A DNA stretch of 64,000 nucleotides from Salpingoeca rosetta (taxonomy: Eukaryota > Protista > Choanoflagellata): assembly GCA_033442325.1 (NCBI GenBank), contig JAWQFM010000008.1, forward strand, positions 1,720,287 through 1,784,286, in the 5' to 3' direction. Within the stretch, counting starts at the first letter, position 1. The number at the start of each line of letters is the position of its first letter. Below are positions 1 through 13,146 of the stretch, in pieces. The position numbers and the translations under genes are program-made. The notes below the pieces were generated by a model. That model saw only the letters and a list, made by a program, of their open reading frames with translations, was not told where the DNA came from and did not search any database.

Positions 1-115
1 GTTCGTGTGTGTGTTTCGTGTGTGTGTGTGTGCGTGTGTGCCGTTTGCATTGCACGCACATGCCTGCCTTTCTCTTCTCTGACTCAAACTTGTCGGTTGT
101 GCTTGTGGCTGGCAG

Positions 116-906
116 ATTCTCAACCAGTTTTTCACAAACGTGTGCGAGCTGGATCTCCTGTTCAACTTTTACAAAGTGTATGCGTTGGTGGACGAGATGT
201 TCTTAGCGGGTGAAATCCAAGAAACCAGCCCCGCAAAGGTAGGACACATGTGCGCGTTGCCTCGCTTTGGCTCTGCCCCCCTCCCCCTCTTCTTCTCTTC
301 TGCTCGCCGTTTCCTTTACTTCTCTTCCGCTACTCCCACTCGATGTTTCCTTATGTTTTGCAACTCGCCCTCGGATCTCCTTCCTCCCTCCTCCCTCCTC
401 CCTCCTCCCTCCTCCCTCCTCCCTCCCCCCTCTTTTGCCTTCTGCACCCTCCCCACGTCCCTTGCTTCCTTCCTTGTCCACCAACAACCGCAGGATAAGC
501 CGGTTGCTTTGATGTTGCACTGATTATGCAACGGTAGCCCCTGCGAACACGAACATGCACACTTTTTATGTCTGATGACTGAACTCGACTTGCCACCCTC
601 TCATGGGCGGCATTCTCCCATTCAGCCATCCTAGTGGTGTGCGAAACCTTCCTTTCAAACCTTTTGCACCTTTCCCCTCTTGTTGATCTCATACCTCCTG
701 CTTTCGTGTTAACATCTTCTTCGTCGTTACGCTTTGTCCTGTGCAAGCGCACACACTCACTCTCACTCACTCACGTACTCACACTCAACGCACGCACACA
801 CACACACACACACACAATGACCCACTCGTCCCCCTCACCCACTTCGCCCGCCCTTTTTTCTGAACAGGTGTTGAAACGGCTGGAGATCCTCACCACCATG
901 GATTGA
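116..906 (+). CDS. AP2S1: AP-2 adaptor complex sigma subunit, last two exons (116-238, 868-906); 5' part lies outside the window
   Basis: Spliced peptide ILNQFFTNVCELDLLFNFYKVYALVDEMFLAGEIQETSPAK|VLKRLEILTTMD* closely matches the AP-2 sigma C-terminus (NVCELDLVFNFYKVYxxVDEMFLAGE); canonical AG/GT sites. Confidence 0.92.
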
Positions 907-1397
907 TCAAGCCATGCCGCATTTGTTGCGGGCACGACGTGTTGTGCTGTCATCAAGCGTCCCCGGCTTCTGTTCTCATAGTTTGATCCACCGTTTGCTG
1001 CTGTTACCCCGTGCGCTGATCCTTACCGCCGATGGCTGATGACATCATGTGCATCACAAAGCCAACCCATTCCGCGACACCTCTCCTCCTCTCTTCCGTT
1101 CTCCCCTCCCCTCCTTTTTAACTCTGTTTTCCCTCTTTGACTGTCGTTTACTTGCTTGTGTGTACATATGGCAGCAAGGTGCGCACAATCGCTGTTTGCG
1201 CCTTGCGTCCTCCTCCTTCTGATCTGTATAAAAGTACATGATCCCAATATGGCAAGGTGACGCATCCAAACGAGCTTGCAACGTGTTTGTGCCGGTGTTG
1301 GTGGTGTCTGGTGTCAGCAGTGGCACGGTCTGTCACACACACACACACTCTCTCTCTCACAAACAACACACACGCACACACGCACGCACAATGTGTG

Positions 1398-2123
1398 TCA
1401 GCATCGGTATTGGCGGAGGATGTGGGTGTGGAGACGTGGAACGATGAGCAGTTGTACAAGTGCGACAAGCACAAGAATGGTCGGTATCAGCCACACCACA
1501 GACGTTGGAACCAGCCCAAACACAACGTTCTCCTCAACGACAAGCGTGAACCGTAGCACTGGCTCCCCATCTCTCTGATGTCGGTACATGGGCACACTGG
1601 CGTACTCTCCGGTGACGCACAGAGTGCTGCAGCCACCGGCGCCCGGTGAGATGGGCGCTCCCTTCACATCTGTTCTAAAGATGATCTTGCTCGTGTCGAG
1701 CAGCTGCCGTCGTTGTTGCTGTTGTTGCTGTTGTCGCTGTTGTCGTTGTTGCTGTTGTTGTTGGAGCCGTTGAACACGCCTGGAGCCGGTGTGATCCACA
1801 ACAGCCGTGTCATCGCCTTGGTCGGCGAGAACAACCCCAAGTGAAGCAGGCTCGGGGGAAAAGCTGTCGTGCTCCTCGGCATCCTTGCCACAGGCGAAGG
1901 TGAGTGTAAACAGGGACGGCACCACACCAACATACGACACGCGCGCCTCATAGCTGGTGGCGGGCCTCAGCCCAGCAACGTCAAAGCACACCGTCTTCCC
2001 AGACAGCACCGCGCCGTGCCTCGGCCGATCTCCCACCCGCAACGCGCCTGCCGTCGCAGTGGCCGTGGCTGCTGCGACAACAACTGCGACGACAACGAGG
2101 AGCAGAGCGCATCCTGTCACCAT
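1398..2123 (-). CDS. Single-exon type I membrane protein (241 aa), possibly Pga1-like (GPI mannosyltransferase II cofactor family)
   Basis: N-terminal signal peptide (LLLVVVAVVVAAA), LRPATSYEARVSYVGVVPSLFTL and RRQLLDTSKIIF motifs, polyQ insert, C-terminal TM (FGLVPTSVVWLIPTILVLVALVQLLIV). Family call is from recalled motif resemblance. Confidence 0.6.
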   Translation of the reverse strand: MVTGCALLLVVVAVVVAAATATATAGALRVGDRPRHGAVLSGKTVCFDVAGLRPATSYEARVSYVGVVPSLFTLTFACGKDAEEHDSFSPEPASLGVVLADQGDDTAVVDHTGSRRVQRLQQQQQQRQQRQQQQQQQRRQLLDTSKIIFRTDVKGAPISPGAGGCSTLCVTGEYASVPMYRHQRDGEPVLRFTLVVEENVVFGLVPTSVVWLIPTILVLVALVQLLIVPRLHTHILRQYRC

Positions 2124-2270
2124 CGTCTGGTGGTGTGAAACGCGTCAGGCAGGATTTTGCAGTTCCAGTGAAGGGTGTTTTGAGTGGACTTGAGAAGGAC
2201 CATTCTCTGCTGCTCTGTGGTTCGTCTCGGCTCGTCTTCGCTGTGTGTGATTGTGCATTGATTGGCAGCG

Positions 2271-2430
2271 ATGGTGGCACACCTGGACCCGCGGGTGCAG
2301 CCGCAAGAGCACAGCAACACGATTCGTGTCTTTGTCTCATCCACGTTCACAGGTTGGCTGTGCTGTGTGTGTGTGTGTGTGTGTGTGTGTGTCTGTGTGT
2401 GTCTGTGTCTGTGTGTGTGTCTGTGTGTCT

Positions 2431-2461
<31 letters not shown>

Positions 2462-2876
2462 CCTGTGCTGTGTTGCGTGTGTGTGTGTGTGTGTGCTGTG
2501 TTGTGTGTGAGTTTGTGGTTTGTCATCGTGGTCACGTCGCCATCACATCATATCCAGACCCGCCTCATCCCCTTCCGCAAACGCACACAACCACACACAC
2601 GCACACACGCCTTCATGCACACGCACATCTACAGACTTTGCTGTGGAGAGAGATGCGCTGCTGGAACGCAGCGTGCCTGTGCTGAGGCAGAGAGCACGGG
2701 AGCATGGATTGGAGTTCAGTTTGTCCACACTCCGATGGGGCATCTCCCAGCACGTGTCCGAAACGCACGACACCGTGGACGTCTGCTTGCGAGAGGTCTC
2801 CACCATCGTCCGGGAGTCTGCCGGCGTATGCTTCCTCGTACGTTGCTTGGACAGGCTTGTGTTGTGTGCGTGTGTT

Positions 2877-2939
<63 letters not shown>

Positions 2940-2942
2940 ACG

Positions 2943-2987
<45 letters not shown>

Positions 2988-3807
2988 ATGTGTGCGTGTG
3001 TGCGCATGTGTGTACATGTGTAGTCACATGCGTGTCTCCTTGTCTGTATGCTGGTCATCTTGCCCCTGCGTTGCTCATGCAAAGTGTATGTTCAACTACC
3101 AACACTTACCCTCCCCGCTCCCACACACACACACAAACACAGGGCATGCTGGGCGACAAGTATGGATGGACACCGGCGCCGCTGGAGATGTCTGCAGCCA
3201 TGTTCCAGCTCCTTGACCAGCATGCATCTGCAGAGACCAAGACCATCCTCAACCGCTGGTACAAGCAAGATTTCAATGACATTGGGCACAAGTACGAGCT
3301 CCTGCAGTTCCGCGACGACGACACAGCAGAGCAGGTCAGGCAAGGCAGTCAGTGGGTCGGACGTTCCGCTCGTGCACACACACACACGCACACACACACA
3401 CACACCACACACAAAAACACACACACACACACAACACAACACAACACAACACACACATACACACAACACAACACAACACAACACAACACAACACACACAC
3501 ACATTCACATGCAAAACGCAGTGAAGCATGCCGCTGTTAAATGTCAGGGCCCCCCTCTCTGCCCGTCCAACTCACATTGCTTGCTCCCGCCCTGGCTGCA
3601 GTGGTCACGCGATGGGCCTCGCATCTCTGCTGCGCTTGCAGATATTGCCTCCACGTGCGATCTCCCTTCGCTGGATCCCCAACTGCGGCAGGAGCTCCAG
3701 GACTCGTTCATGTCAGGTGCGGTGCATTGTCTGTGTGTGTGAGTCTGTCTGTCTGTCTGTGTGCCTGTCTGTCTGTGTGCCTGTCTGTCTGCATGTATGT
3801 ATGTATG

Positions 3808-3841
<34 letters not shown>

Positions 3842-6800
3842 TGTATGTATGTATGTATGTATGTATGTATGTATGTATGTATGTGTGTGTGTATGTATGT
3901 ATGTATGTATGTATGTATGTATGTATGTATGTATGTATGTATGTATGTATGTGTCTGTCTGTATGTATGTATGTGTGTATGTATGTTTTGTATGTATGTA
4001 TGTGTGTATGTATGTTTTGTATGTATGTGTCTGTGTGTGATTCCACGCCCTCCATCTTACACTCTCCCTCACCCCTGATACGCAATATCCAGTGACGGAA
4101 CGGGAGTTTCGGCAGGCGGAGAGAGACGACACGCGCTTTGGTGACCGCGCCATGCTGCTGCTTCGAACCATCACCGACCTGGCACCACCAGCATCATCGT
4201 CGTCGTCGTCGTCGTCGCAGCATTGTGGTGTTGGTGCTGGCGATGCAATGCGTGCCCGCTACCTCGACGCACCACCATCATCATCTTCTTCAGGCAGCAG
4301 TGACGGCACTGCGTTGAACACACGCGCACGCCAGCGTCTCACGGCCCTGCGAGACGAGATGGAACAGAAGGTGAAGGCGGTGTACAAGCAGTCGCTCGCA
4401 TGGGTGGCGAACAAAGGCATTGATCAGAACGACCCAGCACACCGGGCGTACCTTGCCGAATTCTGCGCGGCATTTGAGGCGTTTGTGACTGCATCCATCA
4501 CTCGCGTTGCCAGCGAGCAGCAGCAATTACAACTGCAACAGCTGCAGCAACAGCAAGGGCAGTCGGGTGCCGTGCCGCTGCTGCCTCCGCTTGTACTGAG
4601 CGAGCTCCACCACCACCAGCGCATGTTTGCCAGCAAGGGGTCGACCCACATCGGCCGGGAGAAGCTGGTGGCACAGCTTGTCGCACACGCATACGCGGCC
4701 ATCCGAGGTGGTGATGACAGTGATGGTGATGGTGACAGCGCGACACAAGTGCAGGAAGACGCCACAGCTAGCGGCAGCAGCAGCAGTGGCGGTGGCGGTG
4801 ATGGCGATGGTGTCGAGAAGGCGACGTGCTGGCCGCTGGTGCTTCACGGTGTCTCGGGTGCAGGCAAGACATCGCTCATGTGCGCTGCAACACAGCAGCT
4901 GTGGTCGAAGCTCGGGTGCACGCAACCGCCCGCGCTCAACCCCGATGTCGTGATGGATGCTGGCAGCAGCACCACCACCACAAGCGCACCCGACACTCAA
5001 CAGCAAGACGAACAGCAACAGCACCAACAACAACAGCAGCAGCAGCAGCAGCAACAACAAAGACAGGCTGCTGGACGCGATGAGCCGCTTCTATTGTATC
5101 GCCTGCTGGGCACGAGCCCCATGTCGAGCTCCGTGCGCCTCCTCCTGCACGGCTTGGTGGACCAGCTGACCGCAGCCACTCAACCTGACGCTGATGCTGA
5201 TGCTGGTCATGGTCATGGTGATGGTGACATCGGCACTGCTGATGATGATCACGCCATGCGCGACGCCTCGTCCACGTCCACAGTGCCAAAGACAGAGCCA
5301 TCACCATCGTCCTCATCGTCAGCGCTGAGCCTGCGCGATGTGGTGTCTGCGTTTCACGCGGCGCTGGTGGCAGCGGCTGCCGTGCGCCCCGTGGTGGTTG
5401 TCCTGGACTCGCTTGACCAGCTCTCGTCTGTCGATGCAACCCCGTCTGTCGTGGCGAGCCTCTTTCCCCGCCCGCTGCCGCCAAACGTCGCTGTGCTCGT
5501 CTCCGTCATCACAGACACGCCCGTGTTCTCCGAGTTGCGGCGCAGCTTTCCAAAGGACGCATCCTTCGTCCCCGTGTCCACCATCGACAGGGACCTGACA
5601 CACGCCATCATCACACAGCAGCTGCGACGTGGTGGGCGTTGTCTTGCTGACGACCAGATGCAGGGTGTTCTCGCTGCGTGTGCTGCCTGCCCAACACCGC
5701 TGTACGCACGTGTTGTGTGCATGCGCGCGTTTGCGTGGCGGTCGTTTGACAGTCTGGAGACGACAGCGCAGACGCTGCCGCCAACGTGTGCAACACTGAT
5801 CCAGCACGTGTTGGAGGACCTGGAGGCGCGTTTTGGGGTGGACTTGGTACGGGCTGCCCTGGCCTTTGTCACCTGCGCTAAACGCGGCCTGTCCTCGGAT
5901 GAGTTGGAGGACGTTTTGTCCTGTGATGACACCGTTTTAAACGCGGTGTTTGCGCACTGGACACCGCCCATTCGCCGCATCCCTCCGCTGCTCTGGGCGC
6001 GCATCCACCGCGAGCTCAAGGACGTCATGGTGTGTATTTGGTGTGTGTGTGTGTACTTTGTGTCTGTGTGTGTGTGTATTTTGTGTCTGTGTGTGTGTGT
6101 AGTTTGTGTGTGTGTGTGTTGTGTCTGTCTGCCTGTGCGTGTGTGTGTGTGTCTGTGTCTGTGTCTGTGTCTGTGTGTGTGTGTCTGTGTGTGTGTGTGT
6201 GTGTGTGTGCGTGCGTGCGTGTATTCTGCGTGCAAGTGCCGGCCATTGACTTCCAATTGCTTTGTCCTTGCTCATTCACACCCACGCGCCCACGCACGCT
6301 CTCTCCATTGACACCCCACCCTGTGTCTCTTCCCTCGATATCACATTGCAGGTGACGCGCAGTGCGCCCGGCGGTGTTGTGCACGCGTGGTACCACCGCT
6401 CCTTCGTCGAGGCGTGCCACGAGCGCTACCTCGCCACGCCAGACCTCCAGCACCGCTTCCACGGTCTCCTTGCAGACTATTTCATTGGCAAGTGGACGCA
6501 CGCTGCCAAGGCGTACCTGACACCAGAGGGCGAGCCACGCGAGGCTGTTCGATTCGTTGCCCCGCAACCGCTCTACTTCACACCCGGTGACGACAGTGGC
6601 AGCAGCCACGACGGCCGTGCTGATGGTGGTCGTGATGACGCTGCTACTGCTGCTGCTGCTGTTGTCGATGGTGTCGCCAACGCGCGAAAGTTGGACGAGC
6701 TTCCCTTTCATCTGCACAGCGCGCAGCGCTGGTCAGACCTCGGTGCGTGTGCACGTGTTGGTGTGTGTGTTTGTGCGTGTGTGTGTGTGGGGGTGGGTGG

Positions 6801-7596
6801 GTGCGTCAGTCTGTCAGTGTGTGTGTGTGTGTCTATCTATGTGGGTTCAGCCTGTCGTCGTTTTCCTGTGTCCTGATGTGTATGGGTTCACATGCGACAG
6901 CTCGTGATATGCACGCATCTCATTTCGCCCCACGCCTCTTCGTCTGAACATTTACCGGTTCCCTTTCCCATGTGCAGTGCGCGTGTGTGCAAGCAACTAC
7001 CACTGGCTGCGTGCAAAATGCGTCGAGTTTGACATTTTCGAGACAATTGACGACATTGAGTGTGCGGAAACGAATGTGAGCGACGTGCACACATCCTCGC
7101 AGTTGCTGCGGCTTCGGCAACTGCTTCTTCTCTCTGCACATGTCCTCGCGCACACCCCAGACGCCCTGCCAGCCCAGCTCCTCGCGCGATGCAGTCAGTA
7201 CTCGCAACCATCCTTGGGTCTCTCTCTGTCTCTGTGTGTGCGTGTTTGTTTGTTTGTTTGTTTGTTTGTTTGTTTGTTTGTTTGTTTGTTTGTTTGTTTG
7301 TTTGTTTGTTTGTTTGTTTGTTTGTTGTTTGTTTCAGATCGCGAGCAAACATCTCTGCAGATGGTTTGCCCATCATCTCACTGGTTGCCTCGCAACATCG
7401 CAACCAACGCCCACCTTCTCGCCCCAGCCGTGGATACGCTGATTGACGCGCCGCTGCTGCAGACCATCTGCCAGGCCGCCTGGTCCGATCAAACCGCCCT
7501 CGTCCTCCCCGCAACACCATGCCTCGACGCTCCAGGCGGTACGCTCAGGGGAGATTGTAGCTGTGGCTGCGCGCGCGCGCGTGTGTGTGTGTGTCT

Positions 7597-7685
<89 letters not shown>

Positions 7686-7752
7686 TGCCTGTCTGCCTGC
7701 CTGTCTGCCTGTCTGCCTGCCTGGTGTCTGCCTGTCTACGTGCATACGTATT

Positions 7753-7785
<33 letters not shown>

Positions 7786-10700
7786 TGCACCGATCTGTGT
7801 CGGTTAACACATGCTCACGTTCTTGCCCTGCGCGTTCCTCCCCCCCCCCGCCAACAACAACATGCCGCCGTCACCAGGCCCGCTGCTCCGTTCCTTTGCT
7901 GGCCATGCTGATCGCGTGACCAAGGCCGTGTTCGTCGGCACCACCCGCCCGCTCATCCTCACAGCCTCCAGGTTCGGTAGCCAGTGGTGACGCCACGACA
8001 CCACGCCCAGCTGCACGTGCATATGACATATGAATGCACTGCACCATGCACCACGTGCGTGTGAGCACACATGTCCATCACATCTTCGTGCACACACGTT
8101 TCACACGCTGGCTCTCTCGCACACACTTAAACATACATATGTTCATGTGCATGCACACACCAGTGACCAGACGGCGAAGGTGTGGGACCCCAAAGACGGG
8201 TCTGTTGTGCGGACGTTTGGTGGTTTCAACTGCACGGTGAGCGACGTGACGGTGAATGCGCGCGAGGATCTTCTCGCAGCGGCGGGGGACGATGTTCGCC
8301 TCTTCGACTTCAACACTGGCGCCCCAATCGCAACGCTCAACTGTCAGTTTGGACGTGATCACTTCGTGTGCGTGTGATGATGATGGTGGTGGTGGTGGTG
8401 GTGATGGTGGTGGTGGTGATGTTGCTGATGACGTCTGGTGTCATGCGTCGTGGCAATTGGATTGGTGAAACAGGCGTTGTGCAACTGGTTCACATAAACA
8501 CACACACACATGCACTCGCACACTCACACACTCACATTGACACACACACACTCTCTCTCTCTCACTCGCACCCACTCGCCAGGCGACAAAGGGCGTGCGA
8601 GCCGCGTGCGCTTTGTGCAGCAGGACACGAAGCTGCTGTGTCTCGCTCGCAACGGCATCCACATGTATGATGTTGAGACGCACAATCTCGAACGGCAGTT
8701 CCAAGTCACGAAGATGGACAAGACGCGCGCCATCCACTTGGACGGGTGCAGAGATATGGACGTGAACCACGCCAACACGGAGCTACTCGTTGCGTACAAC
8801 GACAACTGCGCGCGCATCTGGTCCTTGAACACAGCGGTGGTGCTGTGCTCGCTGCCACACCCGTGCCCCGTTGTCTCATGCACATACACGCGCGGGGACG
8901 AGGTGGTGGCAACAGGTGGTGACGACCGAAACCTGCGCATCTGGCGCCTTGTCGACAAGGCGGAGATGGCATGGGAGTGCATGCAGTCGTTCCGACCAGC
9001 GGGGTCATCGCCAATTCACGACATCACGCCGCTGCCTGGCGATGCGCTTCGCCTCGTTGTCGCCACCTGGGACGTCAACATCAAGGTGGACTTGCGCGCG
9101 CGTTGTGTGTGTATGTGTGTGTGATTGTTGTTGTTGTTTAAGTTGATGTTGTTGTTGTTGTTGTTGTTTAAGTTGTTTAAGTTGATGTTGTTGTTGTTGT
9201 TTAAGTTGTTTAAGTTGATGTTGTTGTTGTTGTTGTTGTTGTTGTTTAAGTTGTTGTTTAAGTTGTTGTTGTTGTTGTTTAAGTTGTTGTTGTTGTTGTT
9301 GTTTGTGTTGTTGTGTGTGAATATGCAGTTCACCATGCCGTTCTATGCGTGGTGTATGTGTGTTTGTGCACATGATGCTAACGCAGGCCTCCACGGCTGG
9401 TTTTTACAGATCTTCCACGTGAAGAAAGACCTGAGCAGCTTCTCTGAGATTGGAGACTTCCACGCGCACACAGACTGGATCAACAGCGCAAAGCCCTCAG
9501 CTGACGGTCACGTGTGTATACAAACACTTGTTCTTCTCTTGTTGAGGCGTGTGCTCTCGTTGACTGCCGTTGCTGTTGCCTCGCTGTCAATTTTGGTTGA
9601 CTCTCTTTTGAGCTCAAGGTTGCCTCCACACTCACACAAGCACGCAATCACGCACAACATTCGACACACGACAGTATCTGCTGACGGCGGGCGACGATCG
9701 GCTTGTTCATCTGTGGAATCTCAACATGGCACTGCAAGCACGAACCAGCACGCAGCGATCGCATGAGAGCAATGGTGAGGGCCGGCAGGAGCAAAGCAAG
9801 GAAGGAGAAGGTGAGAAGCCATCAGCATCGCCCCCGCCAACCACGGCAGCCACACTGCAGTTCCACGAGCGAGAGGTGGTTGGCATTGCGAGCCACCCAA
9901 CGCTGCCGCTGTTCTTCACAGCATCACGCGACAAGACCGCTGCAGTGTGGGAGGTGATTCCACTCAAGACGGTGCCGGCACTCGCAGGACCAAGCGCCGC
10001 CGATACAGCAGCAACGACGGCAGACGCAAACGCGAGCACGGACGAGAGCGGGACAGGAGAATCGGCGAGACCAACTCCAACGCACGATGACAGCGGCAAG
10101 GCGTTGGACGAGGCATCAGCAGCGATGGAAGGAGCGAGCGTGGACGCTGACGCGGGAAGCACGTCGTCACCCGCAGTAGAGGAGTGGCAGAGGCTCGTGT
10201 TTGGCCGATGCGGCATGCTGAACAGCGGACGTGTGTCGTGTTTGATTGCCACCCCACCCACGCGCAGCGCACACCGCGACAACGTCGGCGATAACGGTGG
10301 TGACGATCAAACACAGCACGGGAGTCACGCTCAAGGCCAGCGGGAGCGGGTGTTGCCTGAGGTGCGGCACATGTGCACACTCTCCAACGACAGCAAAGAC
10401 TGGGTGACGAGCGTGGCCGTGATGAACAAGGCGCCTGCTGTCATCTTCGGCACCGAGAACAAGACGCTTCGTTTCCACCGCTGGACGCAGCTGCCGACAC
10501 ACGCGGACGACGCCGCCAGCGGAGACGAGTGCGAACTTGTGTCGCACGTGATTGACAGCACGTCTGTGTATCCGCAGGTACAGACGGTCGTGGTGCCAAA
10601 CCGTGTGTCCGCTGTCGCCGTCTCGTCAGATGACGCACATGTGTTTGTGGCGGACCAGCGGGGCAGCCTGCACCTGTATGATGCGAGCGGTGTGCACGTG

Positions 10701-11811
10701 GTGAAGTTCAAGCACATTGACGAGCGCGTGACGCGCTTGGCTGTGCGTGGTGACTTTATTGTTGCCGGTTCCTCAGACAAGTGTGTGCTGGTGCTGCACT
10801 GGGAGGCAAGCACACAGACGCTGCGCGTTGTGCGCAAGTTTGAGGGCCACAGGGATGCTGTGGTTGGCGTGTGCTTCCTCGATGGTTCACACGTGGCGAG
10901 CTGCTCCTACGACCGCTCGTGTCGCGTGTGGGACTGCAAGGACAGCGAGAAGATGACTGTTGTGCGCGGACACGATGATGCTGTACTGGCTGTTGCCGCC
11001 TCTCCCACGGGTCACGTCTTTGCCACAGCCGGACGCGAAGGGCGCGTCATCGTACGTTGCTTGTTTGTTTGCTTGTTTGTTTGTTTGCTTGTTTGTTTGT
11101 TTGTTTGTTTGTTTGTGTGTTTGTGTGTTTGTTTGTTTGTTTGTTTGTTTGTTTGTTTGTTTGTTTGCGTTGTTCATGTGAGAACACTGCTCTTGACATA
11201 CCCACTCCCCTTCCTTTCTCTTTGTCGCTCCCGCTTCTCTCACACCGCCACCATACTGCTGCTGCTGTTGCTGCTGTTGTCTGTCTGCCACGCTCTCCCC
11301 CGCATCAGGTGCGCGCGTTCCCTGCGTGCTGCAGGATTGCTTCATTTGACGCCGGCTCCCAAGTCATGTCGCTCTCTTTCCTCAGGCAGCCCATGCCAAC
11401 CTTCATCTACGGTACGTCGTGCTGAGTCTGTGTGTGTGTATGTATGTGCATGTGTGTCTGTCTGTATGCATGCCTGTATGCGTGTCTGTCTGTGTGTGTG
11501 AGAGAGTGTGTGTCTGTGTGTCTATCTCTTGCTGTCTGTGTCTCTGTGTGTGCTTCTTGATTCTCTCACAACCACCTTTGTGGACGCGTGACATCTCACC
11601 AACGTGTGCTCGACTGAAACTACCTCCGCAACCGCTACCGCCACCGCTGCCCAGGGACGTACGGCGGGCGATGCGGTGTGCTTGAGCTTCTGCTTGCAGA
11701 CGCGTCCGGTGCGAGTGAGGAGAGTGTACAGGCAGACATGGCTGCGCTGCTGCACCCGCTCACGCAGGAGGAATACCAACACGCACAGTCAGTCACGATG
11801 CCCTGTGCTGC

Positions 11812-11850
<39 letters not shown>

Positions 11851-12286
11851 TGTGTGTGTGTGTGTCTGCCTGTCTGTCTGTCTGTGTGTTGCTTCAGAGG
11901 AGCAGAAATACTGTGGTCTTCGTGCATAATCTAGGAGTATGCAACAACCACTCACGGCATTTATCTCCCTCGCCTTTCTCCCCCTCCCCCGCCATCACCT
12001 CCCTCACGGCCAGACGGGAGCGAGCGCAGCTGCTGTGCGGGTGGTTCCACAAGCAGGGCGAAGGCAACCGCAGTCGCAAGCGCCGCTTCATCACGCGCAA
12101 GGGACGTGTGCTTGAGTACTACAAACCCGTTGGGGGCAAGCCGCACCACTTCAGAGGATACATTGACCTCGACGAGGCCACAGCCGTGGAGTGCCGGGGC
12201 GATCTTCTCATCATCGTGAGTTGTGACGCGTGTACACGTGGCTGGTGGAAAGGAACATCATGAACCATGTTGTGTTGTAGTTGTAG

Positions 12287-12337
<51 letters not shown>

Positions 12338-12627
12338 GTGACTTTTGTTGTGGTATGGTACCCAAGGTTCATTGGATTTCAATGCCAGCTGACCCAACCA
12401 ACGCTCACTGCCGCACACACACACATGCACGCACACGCACGCACACACACACACACACACATATGCACACATGCATGCACACACACCCACATGCACGCAT
12501 GCAACCAATGTGTCCACAGCACACTCCACATCGGGAATGGAATCTGCAAGAGGAAGAGAAAGGCATGGCGGCAGAGTGGGCGGCGTTGTTGCAACCGTAC
12601 CTGCGCAATCAATCATCATCAGCTTGA
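2271..12627 (+). CDS. Multi-exon NWD1/NWD2-like STAND protein: DUF4062-like N-terminus, NACHT/AAA, WD40 repeats, C-terminal PH domain
   Basis: Exon 1 2271-2352 [10 protein letters not shown] splices to DFAVERDAL...LRWGI...CLREV...LGDKYGW. Walker [10 protein letters not shown] at ~4848-4874, Walker [10 protein letters not shown] at ~5391-5418. NWD-typical [18 protein letters not shown] and [12 protein letters not shown]40 repeats ~7880-11050 ([26 protein letters not shown]). PH domain at 12014-12627. Confidence 0.88.
3790..4030. repeat. (TATG)n tetranucleotide microsatellite, intronic
   Basis: Directly visible tatg array. Confidence 0.95.
7245..7331. repeat. (TTTG)n microsatellite, intronic (a second array at ~11057-11165)
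   Basis: Directly visible. Confidence 0.9.
9125..9300. repeat. (TTG)n array punctuated by TTTAAG, intronic
   Basis: Repeating ttgttg...tttaag units; the reverse-complement motif recurs at ~28561-28620. Confidence 0.85.
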
Positions 12628-13146
12628 TGCCACACGTGTGCAACCAATTCCTCAATGCTGCGACTGTGCACACTTTCAGTTGTGGTTTGTTTTCCACTTT
12701 TGCTTGCTGCTTCTGCTGCTCGTTGTTCTTGTGTTTCATCCTGCTTTGCTTCCTGTTGGCTTGAATGGCTTTCGTTTTGTTTGTTTCGCTCACGATGCTG
12801 CGACGGTGTGATGTTCTGATGATGTGCAAATGATGTGTGTTGTGGGGCGGCTGAAAATACAAAAATTGAGAGCGCATATGAGCCACATGCAAGACACCGA
12901 GAGGGACACAACTGACTTAACCGAGAACACATTTGTTCATGCCACCATTGCAAACAACCGAGCAAGCGACCATCAGAAAGTAAATGAAGGCGTGTCTGCT
13001 GCTCGATGGTGCAGGCACACGCATGAAACGTCAAAAGAAGCCCACGCAAACATCCAATCAAATCACAGTCGAGCACAATTGAAAAGCACGCAGCCACAAC
13101 CAATCACGTGCAGCCACTGTCAGTCACGTGCACCCGAGCGCGCGCA

